A program made the translations under genes and the position numbers. Below the pieces are notes generated by a model that worked only from the letters and a program-made list of their open reading frames with translations, searched no databases and was not told where the DNA came from. A DNA stretch of 64,000 nt. Origin: Eledone cirrhosa. Its lineage: Eukaryota. Below, in pieces: positions 41,083 through 54,674 of the stretch. The stretch spans positions 53,010,001 through 53,074,000 of the forward strand of contig OZ024741.1 in the NCBI GenBank assembly GCA_964016885.1, written 5' to 3'. Every line of letters begins with the position of its first letter. Positions within the stretch are counted from its first letter, which is position 1.

Positions 41083-41371
41083 TAGCGGCCACGCTTACCA
41101 CAGCGCGTTAGCTTTGCCTTAAGTGATTGTTTGGCTGATAATTTAATTGTTATGAGTGAATGAAAAAATATTTGTGATAACCAGATCCCACACTCTTAGT
41201 TCCGCGCATCCATATTTATACTTATATGTACATGTAGATACATACATAGATACATAGGTACATACATACATACATATATACATACATACATACATACGTA
41301 TATTCACACATGCATATATACATGCAAACATACATACATCCATGTATATATATATATATATATACACGTCA

Positions 41372-41468
41372 ATAGAAACATATATTAGCACATACACACA
41401 CGCACGCACACATGCACACACACATCACATATATATATATATGTGTAAATATATAAGTCAATCTATGT

Positions 41469-41558
<90 letters not shown>

Positions 41559-41649
41559 ACATAGATTGACTTATATATTTACACATATATATATATATGT
41601 GATGTGTGTGTGCATGTGTGCGTGCGTGTGTGTATGTGCTAATATATGT

Positions 41650-41655
<6 letters not shown>
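41372..41655. repeat. Apparently exact inverted duplication centred on (AT)n
   Basis: ATAGAAACATATATTAGCACATAC...GTCAATCTATGTATACAT is mirrored after the (AT)n tract. Confidence 0.9.
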
Positions 41656-41710
<55 letters not shown>

Positions 41711-41715
<5 letters not shown>

Positions 41716-41945
41716 GTAATAATAAATTTGAAGACTAAAATCCAAAGAGGGCTCGATAAGGATAAATATATATGAAATATATAAGAACCGTAGAGCAAAT
41801 ATTTATTAAAATAACAGATTAAAGTTTAAGCAAAGAATCGCTGCTTTCACCCTTAACGGGATCTTCTGAAACTCAAGAACATCCGTTAAGGGTGAAAGCA
41901 GCGATTCTTTGGTTAAACTTTAATCTGTTTTTTTTTTATAAATAA
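41711..41945. mobile_element. Fold-back mini-copy of the PLE at 55246-57545
   Basis: 41711-41820 is the reverse complement of 57436-57545, and 41801-41872 matches 55246-55317; inverted repeat 41801-41945. Confidence 0.88.
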
Positions 41946-42745
41946 ATAAATATATATATATATATACAAAATCTACATTTACAGACTGACATTTCTTTCT
42001 ATAGAAAACTCACAATATATAATGAAGACAGCGATCTGTTCTATATATATAATTGTTGCTGGCCACTTACCTTTTCCATTCAAATCAGCGAAAAACAGCG
42101 TTCATTTTTATCTGTTTATTAATCATTCACCTTTCCTCTTCTAATTCTCTCTTTGCCATCTTCCTCCACCAACCTCTTGTCTTCCCTCTCCCTCCTTCAG
42201 TTCCAGGGATTCCTTCCAGAATATCTTGGAAAGATGAACGTTTCCAATTCCTTATCCGGAAATTAAATCTGATTCTGGCTGACCAGAAAAACTATGTCAG
42301 ACTTTTCACAATCTACAAAACCATTGTATTCATTTAATTGACCTGAAGCTCTGACCGAATGACCTCTAATTTTAGAATAAATGCTCCCCGTTTTCATGCA
42401 TTTTTCATACATTTTTGATGTATGTAAAAGATGTATTTTTTAAACGTTGCTTTCATATATTTACGATGTTTTGTTATTTATTTCTGTATATTGGATATAT
42501 TGATATTCACATGTTATACTAATTTTGGCAGCCATTTGCTTTTGAATAATCATCACGGCGTCTTCATCGTATGATGTTCATTTTCTTCGATGTATTGCCT
42601 TATGGCGTATTATGTTTTAACGTATTTTTCTAGAAATGTAGTTTAGATATACACAAAGTCGAATTCTTTTGGGTTTTTTTTTCTGTTCACTTTATCTATC
42701 TATTTTATCTATCTAGTCTTACCCTTGATATCCGATACATGATGA

Positions 42746-42776
<31 letters not shown>

Positions 42777-42786
42777 TGTATGTATG

Positions 42787-44589
42787 TTCTTCTGGTTTTA
42801 TAATTTCCCAAAGTTTTATCAATAGAGAGAGAGTCGGTGTCTAACATAGACACAAGACTCTCTCATTGGAATTTACACATCAACTAGGTAGATATGTCTG
42901 TATGTCTGCATGCATGCATGTGTAGATATGGATGTATGTGTGGATGTGTATGTTTTGAGTTGTATGTGTGCATGTGTATATGTTTTGTATCTGTACATGT
43001 GTATATGCAGTTATTAGATGCAACATTTTTGGAATGTTTTACATATTTTTACTGTTCCATTAATGGATTGTACTTGTAATTTCCTAACTAGTTGTGTTAT
43101 TCTGTTCCTGTGAAGCCTAGCTTCTCAAGATTTGTATTGAGGCAGTTACTAATATATTCCAGTGCCCCAATAATCACAGGCATAAATCTGAAGGTGTAAT
43201 CAGGGTGGAGTATCTGCAGATTTCTCATCAGTTCTGCATAAATATTCTCCTTTTCACTAATCTTTGATATTATATTGGCATCTGCTGGGCAGCTAATTTC
43301 CACTACTGGGCATGTTTTCTTCTCCCTGTCCCATATCATAATATCTGGTCTGTTATGCCTGCATTTTATTGGGGTTTTTACTGGAACATTCCACCAGTAC
43401 TCTTTCATATTATGTACATGGATATCTTCCACATTGTTGTAGCTTTTAATGTGTTTGTTATCGGGGCTATCTTTTTAACAAACTGCATTGTACAGTGTTT
43501 TGGCCACTACATCATGCCTCATAGGTAGATAGTACCGCGATGACATCTTTAGGCAGCTGCTGATGACATGGGTGATATCCTCGATGTTAGTTCTGCAGAG
43601 TATGCATTTGTTATCACATCTAGGTGTTTTTCCTGCATCCCTATCTCTTTTGTGAATCAGGTATTTCGTGCTAATCTCCTGTTCTTGGATTGCAAAAGCG
43701 TATCCTTCAAAGTTGGAGCCAATATAGCGGTTGTTGGTCCAAGATAGACTAATTTCCTTATCTATATTACTCTCACTCTGGAGCTTCCTGGCAACATATC
43801 CATGCATGATTTTTTGCTGATAGGCATGCAGTTTTTCATCCATGGATTCAAGCGATACTGCTGAGCGACATCCCTGGGTGTGAGTTTTTGATTATCACAC
43901 AGGGAATATCTCTCAAGGAGTTCCTTCCCAACTCTCATGATCTTATCTGTTTCATGCAGATAGACTTGCTCGAGAAGCGGGCTCCTACGCTTCGAGGTTC
44001 GTAGATGTTGTCGGAGAGATATGATGCGACATTCAAATGTTGTCTGGACTGATGTTAGGCCTCTGCCTCCCTGCTTATGTTTCAAGTAAAGGCGGTCTAT
44101 GTGACTGTTGATGTGGAAGTTCCGGTGTTGTTCAGTATTTTTCGAGTTCCAACATCAACTGCTCGGATTTCGTCTATCGTCCAATTGAGTATTCCAAACG
44201 TTGGTGTTAGGACAGGCACAGCAAACAAATTGTGAGCCACTGTTTTGTTTTGCGCAGAGAGTTCCGATGACCAGATCTTTCTTATTCCGGTGTAGTATTC
44301 CCTGGTTACGCGTTCTTTATTACAGATCCCATTATAGGATATGTTCTCATCTATCCCCAGGTATCTGTAGCAGTCCTCATCAGATATCGGTGAAACAGTT
44401 AGATTGTTGACAATGTTGCTAGATTGGGTTGTTGTTTTTCCCCGCTTTACAGTCGTGTATGAGCATTTATCTTGGCCAAACTCCATTCCTATATCCTTTG
44501 AGAACGTTGTAACCAGGTCAAGATTTTTCTTCATCACATCCATGTTCTTGGCATAGAGTTTCAGATCGTCCACAAAGAAGTTATGGGTT
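42787..44589 (-). mobile_element. R4/Dong-like RLE LINE, 5'-truncated at the RT DD motif
   Basis: DDLKLYA through NRPDIMIWD and VEISCP; (TATG)n on both sides. Confidence 0.9.
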
Positions 44590-44645
44590 GTATGTATGTA
44601 TGTATATATGTATGTATGTATGTATGTATATATGTATGTATGTAT

Positions 44646-45253
44646 GTCAGGTCACCAGTTGGTGCTACTGGTAACATGTATCCCAGTACAACCTGTCCCA
44701 TGGTCGGGTCGTTGGCGACTAAACTGGCAACCCCACCAAGGTTTCTTGGTGAGGAGGGTGACTTTGGACATCCTGCAGGACTAAAAACAAAACCTGTCAA
44801 AGGGCAAAGGAGCTCTTAAGAGTCAATGGCCATCCAAAATCACCGGGAGAGATGACCCCTTAGCCTTTGTCAAGGCAGAATTCTAGGAGAAGGAAAACTC
44901 TGATATAACACCTGCGACTCTGATGGTATCCAATGATGTTGACTTGTTCTTCTTTTTGGTAAATATCATCTTGGTTAAGAGAGTGGGACTGGCTTTGTGC
45001 AGTGCCTTTGCTCACTATAAAAGCTTCACGGCACAGGCATTGCTTTATATCTGGAGATCTCTCTGCACTTGTCGTCACATGGTACCATGGGCCCAGCACT
45101 ATGTGTCAATAATTGTCACAAGTGTAGTGTTTGTACCAGAGTTTTCAAGTCGCTGGCTGGACTAAAAAGTCACACTCGTTCAGCGCATCGGTAGGGGTTC
45201 TCCTACATGGATATAAAGTAGTGGCCGTACTCGAAAACGAGTTGGCAGCCACC
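44646..45253 (+). mobile_element. RTE-derived bipartite element, full length
   Basis: Near-identical to 2508-3116. Confidence 0.85.
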
Positions 45254-45357
45254 ATGTATGTATGTATGTATGTATGTATGTATGTATGTATGTATGTATG
45301 TATGTATGTATGTATGTATGTACGTATGTATGTATGTATGTATGTGTGTTTGTATGT

Positions 45358-48300
45358 GCTTCTGATCTCATCATTCTATACATTTTCACCAATAGAGGGA
45401 GGGTCGGTTTCTAACACAGACACAAGACTCTTTCATTGAAATTTTGACATTGACTAGGTAAATAGGTATGTATGTCTGTATGTTTTTCTGTGCAGCTACG
45501 GATGTTATTCTTTATGTTGATCTACATGTTTTGAAATATATATGTATACTTGCATGTGTTTCTGTGTCTATACATGTGTATAAGCAGTTATTGCATGCAG
45601 ATTTTCTGAAATGTTTTACATATTTTTACACTCTCATAAATGGACTATATTAGCAACTTCCTAACTAACCGAACGTTTTCTGGATCTGTAAAGTCCACAT
45701 TCTCAAGATTTGTACTGAGGCAGTTAGTAACGTCTCCAAGAACCCCAATGACCACAGGTATAATTCTAATGGTATAGTCAGGGTGGAGTATCTGTAGTTT
45801 CCTCATTAGTTCAGCATAAATGTTTTCTTTTTCACTGATTATCAGTATTATATTGACATTTCCTGAGCAGCTGACTTTCACTATAGTGCACGCCTACTTT
45901 TCTCTGTCCCATATCAATATGTTTGGTTTGTTGTGTTTGCATTTTATTTGGGTTTTGACTGGAACATTCCACCAGTACTCTTTCATATTATATACGTACA
46001 TGTCCTCCACATTGCTGTAACTTTTAATATGTTTATTTTCAGGGCTAGCTTTTCTACAGATTGCAATGTATAGTATTTTGGTTAGTCAATCACAGCTCAT
46101 GGGTAGATAGTACCGTGATGACATCTTTGGACAGCTGCTTTTGATAGACGAGACATCCTCATTGTTAATCCCGCGAAGTCTGCATCTGTTATCACATCTA
46201 GGTGGTTTGTCTGTGTCACTATCCCCCTTTGTGAATCAGGTATTTTGTAGTTATTTCCTGTACTTGGATTGCAAAAAGCACATCCTTCAAAGTAGAAGCT
46301 AATATAGCGATTGTTGGTCCAATATAGACTATTTTGTTTATATACATTACTCTCACTTTGGAATTTCCTGGCAACATAGTCATGCTTAAGTTTTTGCTGT
46401 GTAACGAAAAAATTATTTTTCTCTGTTCCTGGCTTGTAATCATTTTTTTGTGATGCTTAGGTCCCAAATAAATAAAAAAAGTGCTATTAAACAGTTAAAA
46501 CTTTGGGTTTGTAAAAATTCTAAGCTATTCACTAGAATTATTTGTATGCTGGATTTTGCGTTGTATGTAAGTTTAATTTGCTTATGTTAAATGATTTTTT
46601 TATATATATGTTTCAGGTTAAATTAAAATTAAAATTAACATTATAAAATAAAGAGAAATACATAAAGAAAATTATGAAAGTGCAATAAAGTATAAAATTG
46701 TTAAAAAATGGATTAAAGAGATTTATTGATACTGGATTTTCGCACCCTAAATTGTGTTTTAAGCATTCGTCTCCAGGTTGAAGCAGTGGAACTTGATCAA
46801 GGAGGAAGTGCAGGTGACAAGTCAGAGAAGTCGACACGAACCTTTCTCAGGCTTTTACACTCTTAGGGATGGCCTCTGCTCCTGCCATGACGTGCCTGGA
46901 CTGTTTGACATTATTGGGATGCCATTTGTGCCCAAGGAGTGGCGGCTATTTATAGACAGCTCCACTACAAAAGAAAGAACTGGGAGCAGCGAACAGAATT
47001 TGTAGTTGGGACCTGGAACGTCATGTGGGAGCCACTGGTTGATCCCAGGATTATTCTCATGCCGCCACTGCACATTAAAGTAGGGTTGATGAAGCAGTTT
47101 GTGAAGGCTCTCAACCAAGAATCAGCCGCTTTTAAGTACCTTCTTGAGTTCTTTCCCAAGTTATCTGTGGCCAAAATCAAAGGTTGAATTTTTGTTGGAC
47201 CTCAGATAAAGGAGGTGTTTGAGTCTACCAAGCATGGAACTGTTTCAAGGCAGTTGTTAAGGGCTTCCTGGGCAACTACAGAGCTGAAAACTACCAGCAA
47301 CTGGTGCAGGATCTGATAAAGGCTTTTGGCACCATGGGATGCAGGACGCTCACCTGGAAAAATTCAAGGACAATATGGGCGCCTACACAGAAGAACAAGG
47401 CGAACGATTCCACAAAGACGTGAAAGAGATAGAGCGGAGGTTCCAGGACCACTACAATGAAAATATGATGGGGGGGGGGGACACTATATCTGGGGGCTAG
47501 TGCGGGAATGCGACCTGGACTACAACCGCAAATCCAGGAAATCCAGTCATTTCTGACGTGTATGAGTTGCTTTATAAGTGTTATTTGTTTTTACTTGTTT
47601 GCTTTTGATAAGCTTGTGTAATAAAATAAATATATACTCTGTTGATTTAATTACATGAACTGATAAATTTTAAAAAAATGTGTTTTTTCTTGAAAAATAT
47701 GAAAATTTCGAAATATCAAACTCCTGACCAGACACCCAAACTTCTGATTAAATAATAGTGTTTTTTTATAATAATGCGATATACCAAACCAGAAAATGAC
47801 ACTTAGAACCGGGGAACAACACATATGTTACACAGTGTAAGCATACAGTGTATCATCCATGGATTCATTACGATATTGCTCGGCAATTTCCCCAGGTAGG
47901 AACATTTCGTTATCATGCAGAGAGTATTTCTCAAGGAGCTACTTCCCAACACGCATGATGTTATCTGTCGCGTTTAGACAGGCTTGTTCAATAGATGGGC
48001 TTCTACGCTTCGTTGCTCGTAGATATTGTCGGTGTTATGATGCGGCACTCAAATGCTGTCTGCATTGATGTTACGTCTCTTCCTGTTTCCATTTCAAGCT
48101 GAGGTGGTTAATGCCGCTGTTGATGTGGACATTTCCGGTTTTGGCTAGGATATTTCGGGTTTTAATATATAATGATCCATATTTCATCTAGCGTCCAATC
48201 AAGTATTCCAAATATTGGTGTCAAGAGAGGTACAGCAAATACATTGTGGGCCACTGATTTATTGTGCACAGAGAGTACAGACAATTATATCTTTCTTATT

Positions 48301-49040
48301 CAGGTGTTATATTCCCTGGCTACGCGTTCCTTGATACAAATACCAGCATAAGATATATGTTAATCTATCCCTAATTATCTGTAGCAGTCCTCGTCAGATA
48401 TCGATGGAACAGTTAGGCCATTGATAGAAATGATGCTAGATTAGCTTGAAGTTTTTCCCCGCTTTACAATCACATATGAACATTTATCCTAGTCAAACTC
48501 CATTTCTCTGTATTTCGAGAAAGTTGAAACCAGGTTAAGCTTTTTCTTCATCCCATTTATATTCTTTTCATAAACAAAGACACTATGGGTTAGGTTTGCA
48601 TCTCTATCCTCCTGCGAACCAATTATGTATCCTTCACATTTCTTGAGCAGAAAGTACAATGACAGTATAGATATTAACCTAGAGAGACTGTCTCCTTGGA
48701 CTATACCTCTACGATATTCTATTGTATCAGAGAAAATAAAGGCTTCTTCTCTGCTTTTCATTTTAGGATAGTAGCCCAAGAAGAAATTTGGTTCACTGTG
48801 GCTCTGACAACGGTGTCTGGGATGCTAGCAAGAATGGGGAACACAATCGAAAGCTTTCCTGTAGTCCAGCCAGACTGTAACCATAATCCTCCTATGTCTC
48901 CCCACCTCTGAGATCGCAATTTTGTTAATTTGTTGTTGAGTACACCACCAAACATCGTTTTTCCCAGCTGCTCGCTCAGCTGTGATGATATTATTATTGT
49001 CACAATGATGCTGGAAAAATAGGTTCAAGCAGGATGCACA
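45358..49040 (-). mobile_element. Older R4/Dong-like LINE interrupted by a DNA transposon
   Basis: WLDYRKAFD, GIVQGDSLS, FAIQVQEI and KENIYAELMR. The host sequence resumes collinearly after 47837. Confidence 0.82.
46397..47837 (+). mobile_element. Chapaev3-like (CMC) DNA transposon remnant
   Basis: Transposase pieces WRLFIDSS, PPLHIKVGLMKQFVKAL, FVGPQI, FLGN and EQGERFH. Ends CTGTGTAAC / GTTACACAGTG followed by TAA. Family assignment is from recalled motifs. Confidence 0.68.
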
Positions 49041-49545
49041 CAGACATTGGAAATTCTAATGTAAATGTCTTTTTTTGATGAACACATCCAGTTGACCAAG
49101 CGCTTGAGAAGAAATTAGCTTGTACATACACTGAAACGCCTAAGGTTGTACAAAACCTAAACTGGTGTCAACGTACTACAAATGAAAGTTTTATACTGCA
49201 ATTCATGTGTGTGTGGGGGAGGAGGGGTACCACAGAAAACACGTAATTTACAATTGATTTAAAAGCGATATTCGTTCACAAAACATCAAAAATAAATGAA
49301 AATGACAATTTTCAGTAAATTATTTGTCCTTAGTTAAAATTCACCGCAGCTCTCAGATCAGTATCCGTCATACCCCGGTAACGGATAGTGGGTGTATAAG
49401 TAAGAAGGTACGAATGTTCCTACTCTGTATTCTATAGTACATTACAAGCGTGTAATAAACTATGTAAATTCCTCTTTCTACCATACCGGTTTTGATATGC
49501 TAATTTAGTCTGTAATTTGTTACAGGTTCTGAAAGGTATCCATTT

Positions 49546-49870
49546 GATTGTGGTCATATATTGGAGCCATTTAAATAAGGCTACTGGATTGTAGTCATTA
49601 GATTGTGGTGGGTATATTGTAAGTCAGATTGTGGTGGTTATATTGTAGACATTTAAATATGGCTATTGGTTTGTAGTCATTAGATTGTGGTGGGTATATT
49701 GCAAGTCAGATTGTGGTCGTTATATTGTAGCCATTTAAATATTGCTATTGGATTGTAGTCGTTAGATTGTGGTGGGTATATTGTAAGCCAGACTCTGGTC
49801 GTTGGATAGTGGCCATTAGGTTGTGGCCAAGGGATTATGGCCATATGATTGTGGTCATTGGATCGTGCCC
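49546..49870. repeat. Minisatellite, ~82-bp unit built from ~13-14-bp GATTGTGGTCATT-like subunits
   Basis: Units start at 49546, 49627, 49709 and ~49790. Confidence 0.85.
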
Positions 49871-50593
49871 ATAAGATTCTTGTCATGCCAAATATACGAT
49901 ATTTCCATTTTACCCTCTCGATTTCCTTGTTTTATCGATTGGTTCTAATTTTATTGACCATAAATGGAAAATATCATAAACTATTTTTGACTACTTTCTA
50001 CCAACTCCTCTATCACATCCATCCATAGTAACTGGAGATAAGTTTTTGCTCCTTTTCAAATTTTTGTTTTACATTTATAGTTTTATGAATGTTTAGTCGG
50101 ACAAGAAAGGACAGTTGCTATGGATATTCCCATAGTTTAGTAGTAAAGAATGAAGAAGATATCTAAAATCCCAAGAACCCAGCCTTAGTGCTTGTGACAG
50201 ACTGAACTCCGATAAAATCACCCAATATCTATGTGACAGTGCTAGTGGTTATATATGGGACAGCAAATTATGTCTTCTACCCAAGTAGATTACAGGGAGA
50301 CTCGAACGTTAGACACAATGTACACCAACTAATGCTTTAACAATTCCGCTATCTAAAGCTCTGGTCTGCTACTTAATTTGTGGAACTAAACAGATTACAA
50401 AATAATTTCATCGAACTAATTATTGTTTTTTGTTATGAATAATTGTTTATTATTCTCCTCAAATATCAAGGATTTTGGTCGAAAGAATTTTTTTTACTCA
50501 TTATATATATATATATATATATACATAACTGTGTAAAAATGTTTTGTTTGCTTCATTTATTAACTACATATATACACACACACACACACACAG

Positions 50594-50681
<88 letters not shown>

Positions 50682-51122
50682 ACACACACACACACACCTA
50701 TATATATATATTAAACAATTGGCAATAATTCCGATTTTACGCGTTCCGGACGCAACAGATTTTGAATTATTCTTTAGAAATGAATGCGTTGTTCTTGTAA
50801 AATCTAGATTAGTTATACGATACAAATCTAGGTCAATAATACATCTGATAGATGGATAATGATTTAATAAAAGTACATCTTGTAAGCCTAATGTAGTAGA
50901 AACGGAGAGAAATTTTACATTGATAAGGAAATTAGATGTCAAGAATTCCAAATATGTCTGGTACAATAGATTTAGTTTGTAGAACAAAGTGTGTAGTTAG
51001 TGTAGAACACGTTATCGCTTTTATAGATAACAGTATACTATATATGACGTTTGTGATCGGATCTATGTCGGTTACAATGAGGAGGTTTTCAGTTGTTTGA
51101 TTAGCGGAACAGCCTGCTATAT

Positions 51123-51292
51123 AATTGCTTCTACTTTTGGCACAAGGCCAGCAATTATCCCAGTTCTTACTGGTACTTCATCTTATCAACCCTGTAAGGA
51201 TGAAAGGTAAAGTTAACCTCGGTGGGATTTGAAATCAGACCGTAAAGGGGCATAACTGTATGCTACAAAGCATGGTGTCCGGCCTTCTACCG
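51123..51292 (-). mobile_element. tRNA-derived SINE (family 1), 5' end interrupted
   Basis: Same core and B-box as 4721-4909. Confidence 0.82.
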
Positions 51293-51492
51293 ACTCGATT
51301 GGTCTTGCTTGTATCGAGCCGGCTCTTTGGAGACGGCTGCGTATGATAGGACTGTCTGGAAGACATGTCTGAGGAGTTTGCATCGACGGCCTTCTCAGCA
51401 ATCAGTGAGAGAAGAAGAAGAAGAAGAAGAAGAAGAAGAAGAAGAAGAAGAAGAAGAAGAAGAAGAAGAAGAAGAAGAAGAAGAAGAAGAAG
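51292..51492 (+). mobile_element. RTE-like LINE 3' stub with (GAA)n tail
   Basis: LETAAYDRTVWK (RTE-type A.DR..W motif) followed by a long (GAA)n. Confidence 0.6.
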
Positions 51493-51931
51493 ACAACTTT
51501 TGTATAAAAGTTCTAATTCTAGAACTTAACACCGTCTTACAAAATACAACTTCCAGCAAGCTAGTAGTAGCGCAACACTTATAAGATTGCTTATACATTG
51601 TGTACCCAAATTCACGCTTTGAAATATCATAGACTATAAATTTGTAAACTTAAAAGATAAATTGTTATGAATATTGAATATAGTAAAGATTTCACGCGAA
51701 GCACACGTATTGCAGAAATGCAGAAAAGGCTTTAACTTCAAAGGATACTTTTATTCTCAAAATACCAAAAGGAAAGAAAATACATAGAGAATAAATGACT
51801 ACTTTGAAGATTTGAATTGATGCCAAAATATGACAAATGGTTAAAACACTATAGTAATACAACAAACAACATAGCAGTACAGTTATTAACATAACAACGC
51901 AATCATAGATCCCCACAAAAAGACAATGATA

Positions 51932-52060
51932 AGGCGGTGAATTAGCAGGTAGTTAGGGTGTCAGATTAACTGCCGTGCGATATTTGTTTCGGTTATATGC
52001 ACTCTGACTGCAAATCCCACCGAAAATAATTTTGACTTTTATTCTTTCGGTGGGGATAAA
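51932..52060 (+). mobile_element. Old family-1 SINE, plus strand
   Basis: AAGGCGGTGAATTAGCAG..TGCAAATCCCACCGA..TTTTATTCTTTCGG..GATAAA. Confidence 0.55.
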
Positions 52061-52255
52061 GTGGAGGCCAACTTCTGGGAGGAGATGGATCTGTGGAATT
52101 GTTAGAGCATGGAAAGGGATGCTGTTTTATTTCTTTTGCCTACAACAAATCTTTCCTTTGAATATTTCTGTTGATGTCCACATACAGCTGAAAGCTGATC
52201 GAAATTACAACAACAAAAGTGGAACGCATATATATATATATATATATACACACAC

Positions 52256-52419
52256 GAAAAGATTCAGGAAGTCGACGGCTGAGCTCCGGCCGTTTAGCTG
52301 TCGAAATGGTCGGAGCTCAGCCGTCGGGATCCTGAATCTTTTCATATTTCCCATTCTTCAACCCCAAGTATCGAGTACTTTGGGGGGTTATGGCACACCT
52401 GGTATTTTACCACACCCTA

Positions 52420-52424
<5 letters not shown>
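52256..52424 (+). mobile_element. Short fold-back element in (TA)n, same family as 22864-23030
   Basis: GAAAAGATTCAGGA..CGACGGCTGAGCTCCGGCC mirrored by GGTCGGAGCTCAGCCGTCGGGATCCTGAATCTTTTC. Confidence 0.72.
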
Positions 52425-52465
<41 letters not shown>

Positions 52466-52505
52466 ACGAAAACACGGGAGGTTATCTCAGTCTCTCTCTC
52501 TATCT

Positions 52506-52561
<56 letters not shown>

Positions 52562-52900
52562 TTAATGCGGAGAAATATCGATGATAGTCATAAGATCACT
52601 GATGATGGACAGTCCCGTTTCTGGCTCTATTTTTCATTCATATATATATATATATATATGTACATGCCTACATATTAAATATGGATATATATTTATACAT
52701 GTTCATGCAGTTTCACACGCTGTATTTATACAAATCTACCTCCATCTTCAGCGCACTTCGTAGTAGTTATCTTAATTAATTACCAATACAAACGTTAATT
52801 ATATGCAAATTAGTATGTTCATTTCAAAATAATACTAAGAGTGAATGGGAATTTATAGCCATCAAACACACGTTCCCTTGTGGTTGATTGTATGATCTAT

Positions 52901-52942
52901 CCATCCTCTGATGAAGGTCCTATCAGAACCTAAAAGTCGATG
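52901..52942 (+). ncRNA. Degenerate hammerhead-like motif
   Basis: CATC-CT-CTGATGA-AGGTCC TATCA GAACC-TAAAA-GTC-GATG; the GAAA box is mutated. Confidence 0.45.
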
Positions 52943-53246
52943 AAATATGTTTATAATCTTTCTTTTATTCAGAGGGAAATTCGTATTTTCAAGCATGTTT
53001 ACATGTTTGCATATTAGATATGTATATATATATATATATATTTATACACGTCCGTTCAACCTCCGTTACTTACTGATATATAGATATAACTTTATTACAC
53101 ACTTCGGCGGTTAACGTGCTTCTCAATATATATATATATATATATACACACAAATATATATATAGATAGATTCACAAAAAAAATATATATATATATTTTA
53201 AAAGACTCCAGTTGCATTTTCGATTTCTTTTCCTTATATATATATA

Positions 53247-53303
<57 letters not shown>

Positions 53304-53504
53304 AATCGTCAGCACAACGGATCATGTTGCTGACGTGAAGTGCTGTGGTCTGTCTATTTTTGTAAAATGCCTACTGAAACCTTGATGATCCTTCTAGAAC
53401 GTTCGCATTTAGAATGTTAAGCATCACTGCATTTAGAAAGGTTTAACTGGATTAACTTTAATATACACATATACGAGTAAGCAGAAAGACACACACACTC
53501 GCAA

Positions 53505-53550
<46 letters not shown>

Positions 53551-53643
53551 TCGTAGCTATCTATATATATATAATATGCGCACAAATATTTTACATATTC
53601 TTGTTGACGTACACATTCACGCTTATGCACACACACACACACG

Positions 53644-53726
<83 letters not shown>

Positions 53727-54308
53727 ACACACACATATATATAGACATATACGTCCACACTATCTGCTATACTACAGTAAATAGAGGCAGCCAGCTTTAA
53801 TCTGGTGCTTAGGGTCAGATTCTTTGGAAGAATTAATGTAGATTCCCATTTACCTGCCAACCGATATAATCTACATACATAATTTCTGGAAAGGAATCAA
53901 AGAGGAAAAAATACTGACACATACACACACACAGACACACATACACACACACACTGGCACACACTTGCACACACACACGCGCCCACAAACACACACAGAC
54001 ACACAGTAACATAAAAAACAAAAACGAAGAGAAGAATATTAAAGAGAATGAGTGTGGTCGTGTGGGCTTCGGGTACTGGAAATTGAGGCTTTGCTGAATA
54101 TAATAATAATAATATGATGCGCGCGCGCACATGCATATAGACACACACACACACACATACAAACACAACACAAACATACACACACACCACATATATACAC
54201 ACAAACACACATATATATATATGTATACATATATATATATATGGTGTTTGCATTTGTACATATTTTTATGATGTATCTATCTATACAACATGTAAATATG
54301 TATGCATG

Positions 54309-54339
<31 letters not shown>

Positions 54340-54503
54340 GGCAATAAGAACGATGAAGTTTCGTTTATATGTAATTAGATTTTTACTGTGTATCGAACTC
54401 TTATGCGTGTTTCGCAGATGAATGGCTCAGGAATACCCTTCGTAGTTATGGAGACGACTCCATTATCAATCTGTGCTCCAGACTGGAGATGCGATAAATA
54501 CAT

Positions 54504-54645
<142 letters not shown>

Positions 54646-54674
54646 GAGAGAGAGAGAGAGAGTGAGAGAAAGAG

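Noticed and set aside
42062-42345. Candidate minus-strand exon ending AAG/GTAAGT
   Set aside because: No open frame or partner exons; needs RNA-seq.
53305-53352. Hairpin CGTCAGCA..TGCTGACG-TGAAG next to (TA)n
   Set aside because: Lacks both canonical core boxes; single copy in the window.
54385-54450. Minus-strand GAAACACGCATAAG, hammerhead-like 3' half
   Set aside because: The 5' core and helix II are not convincing.
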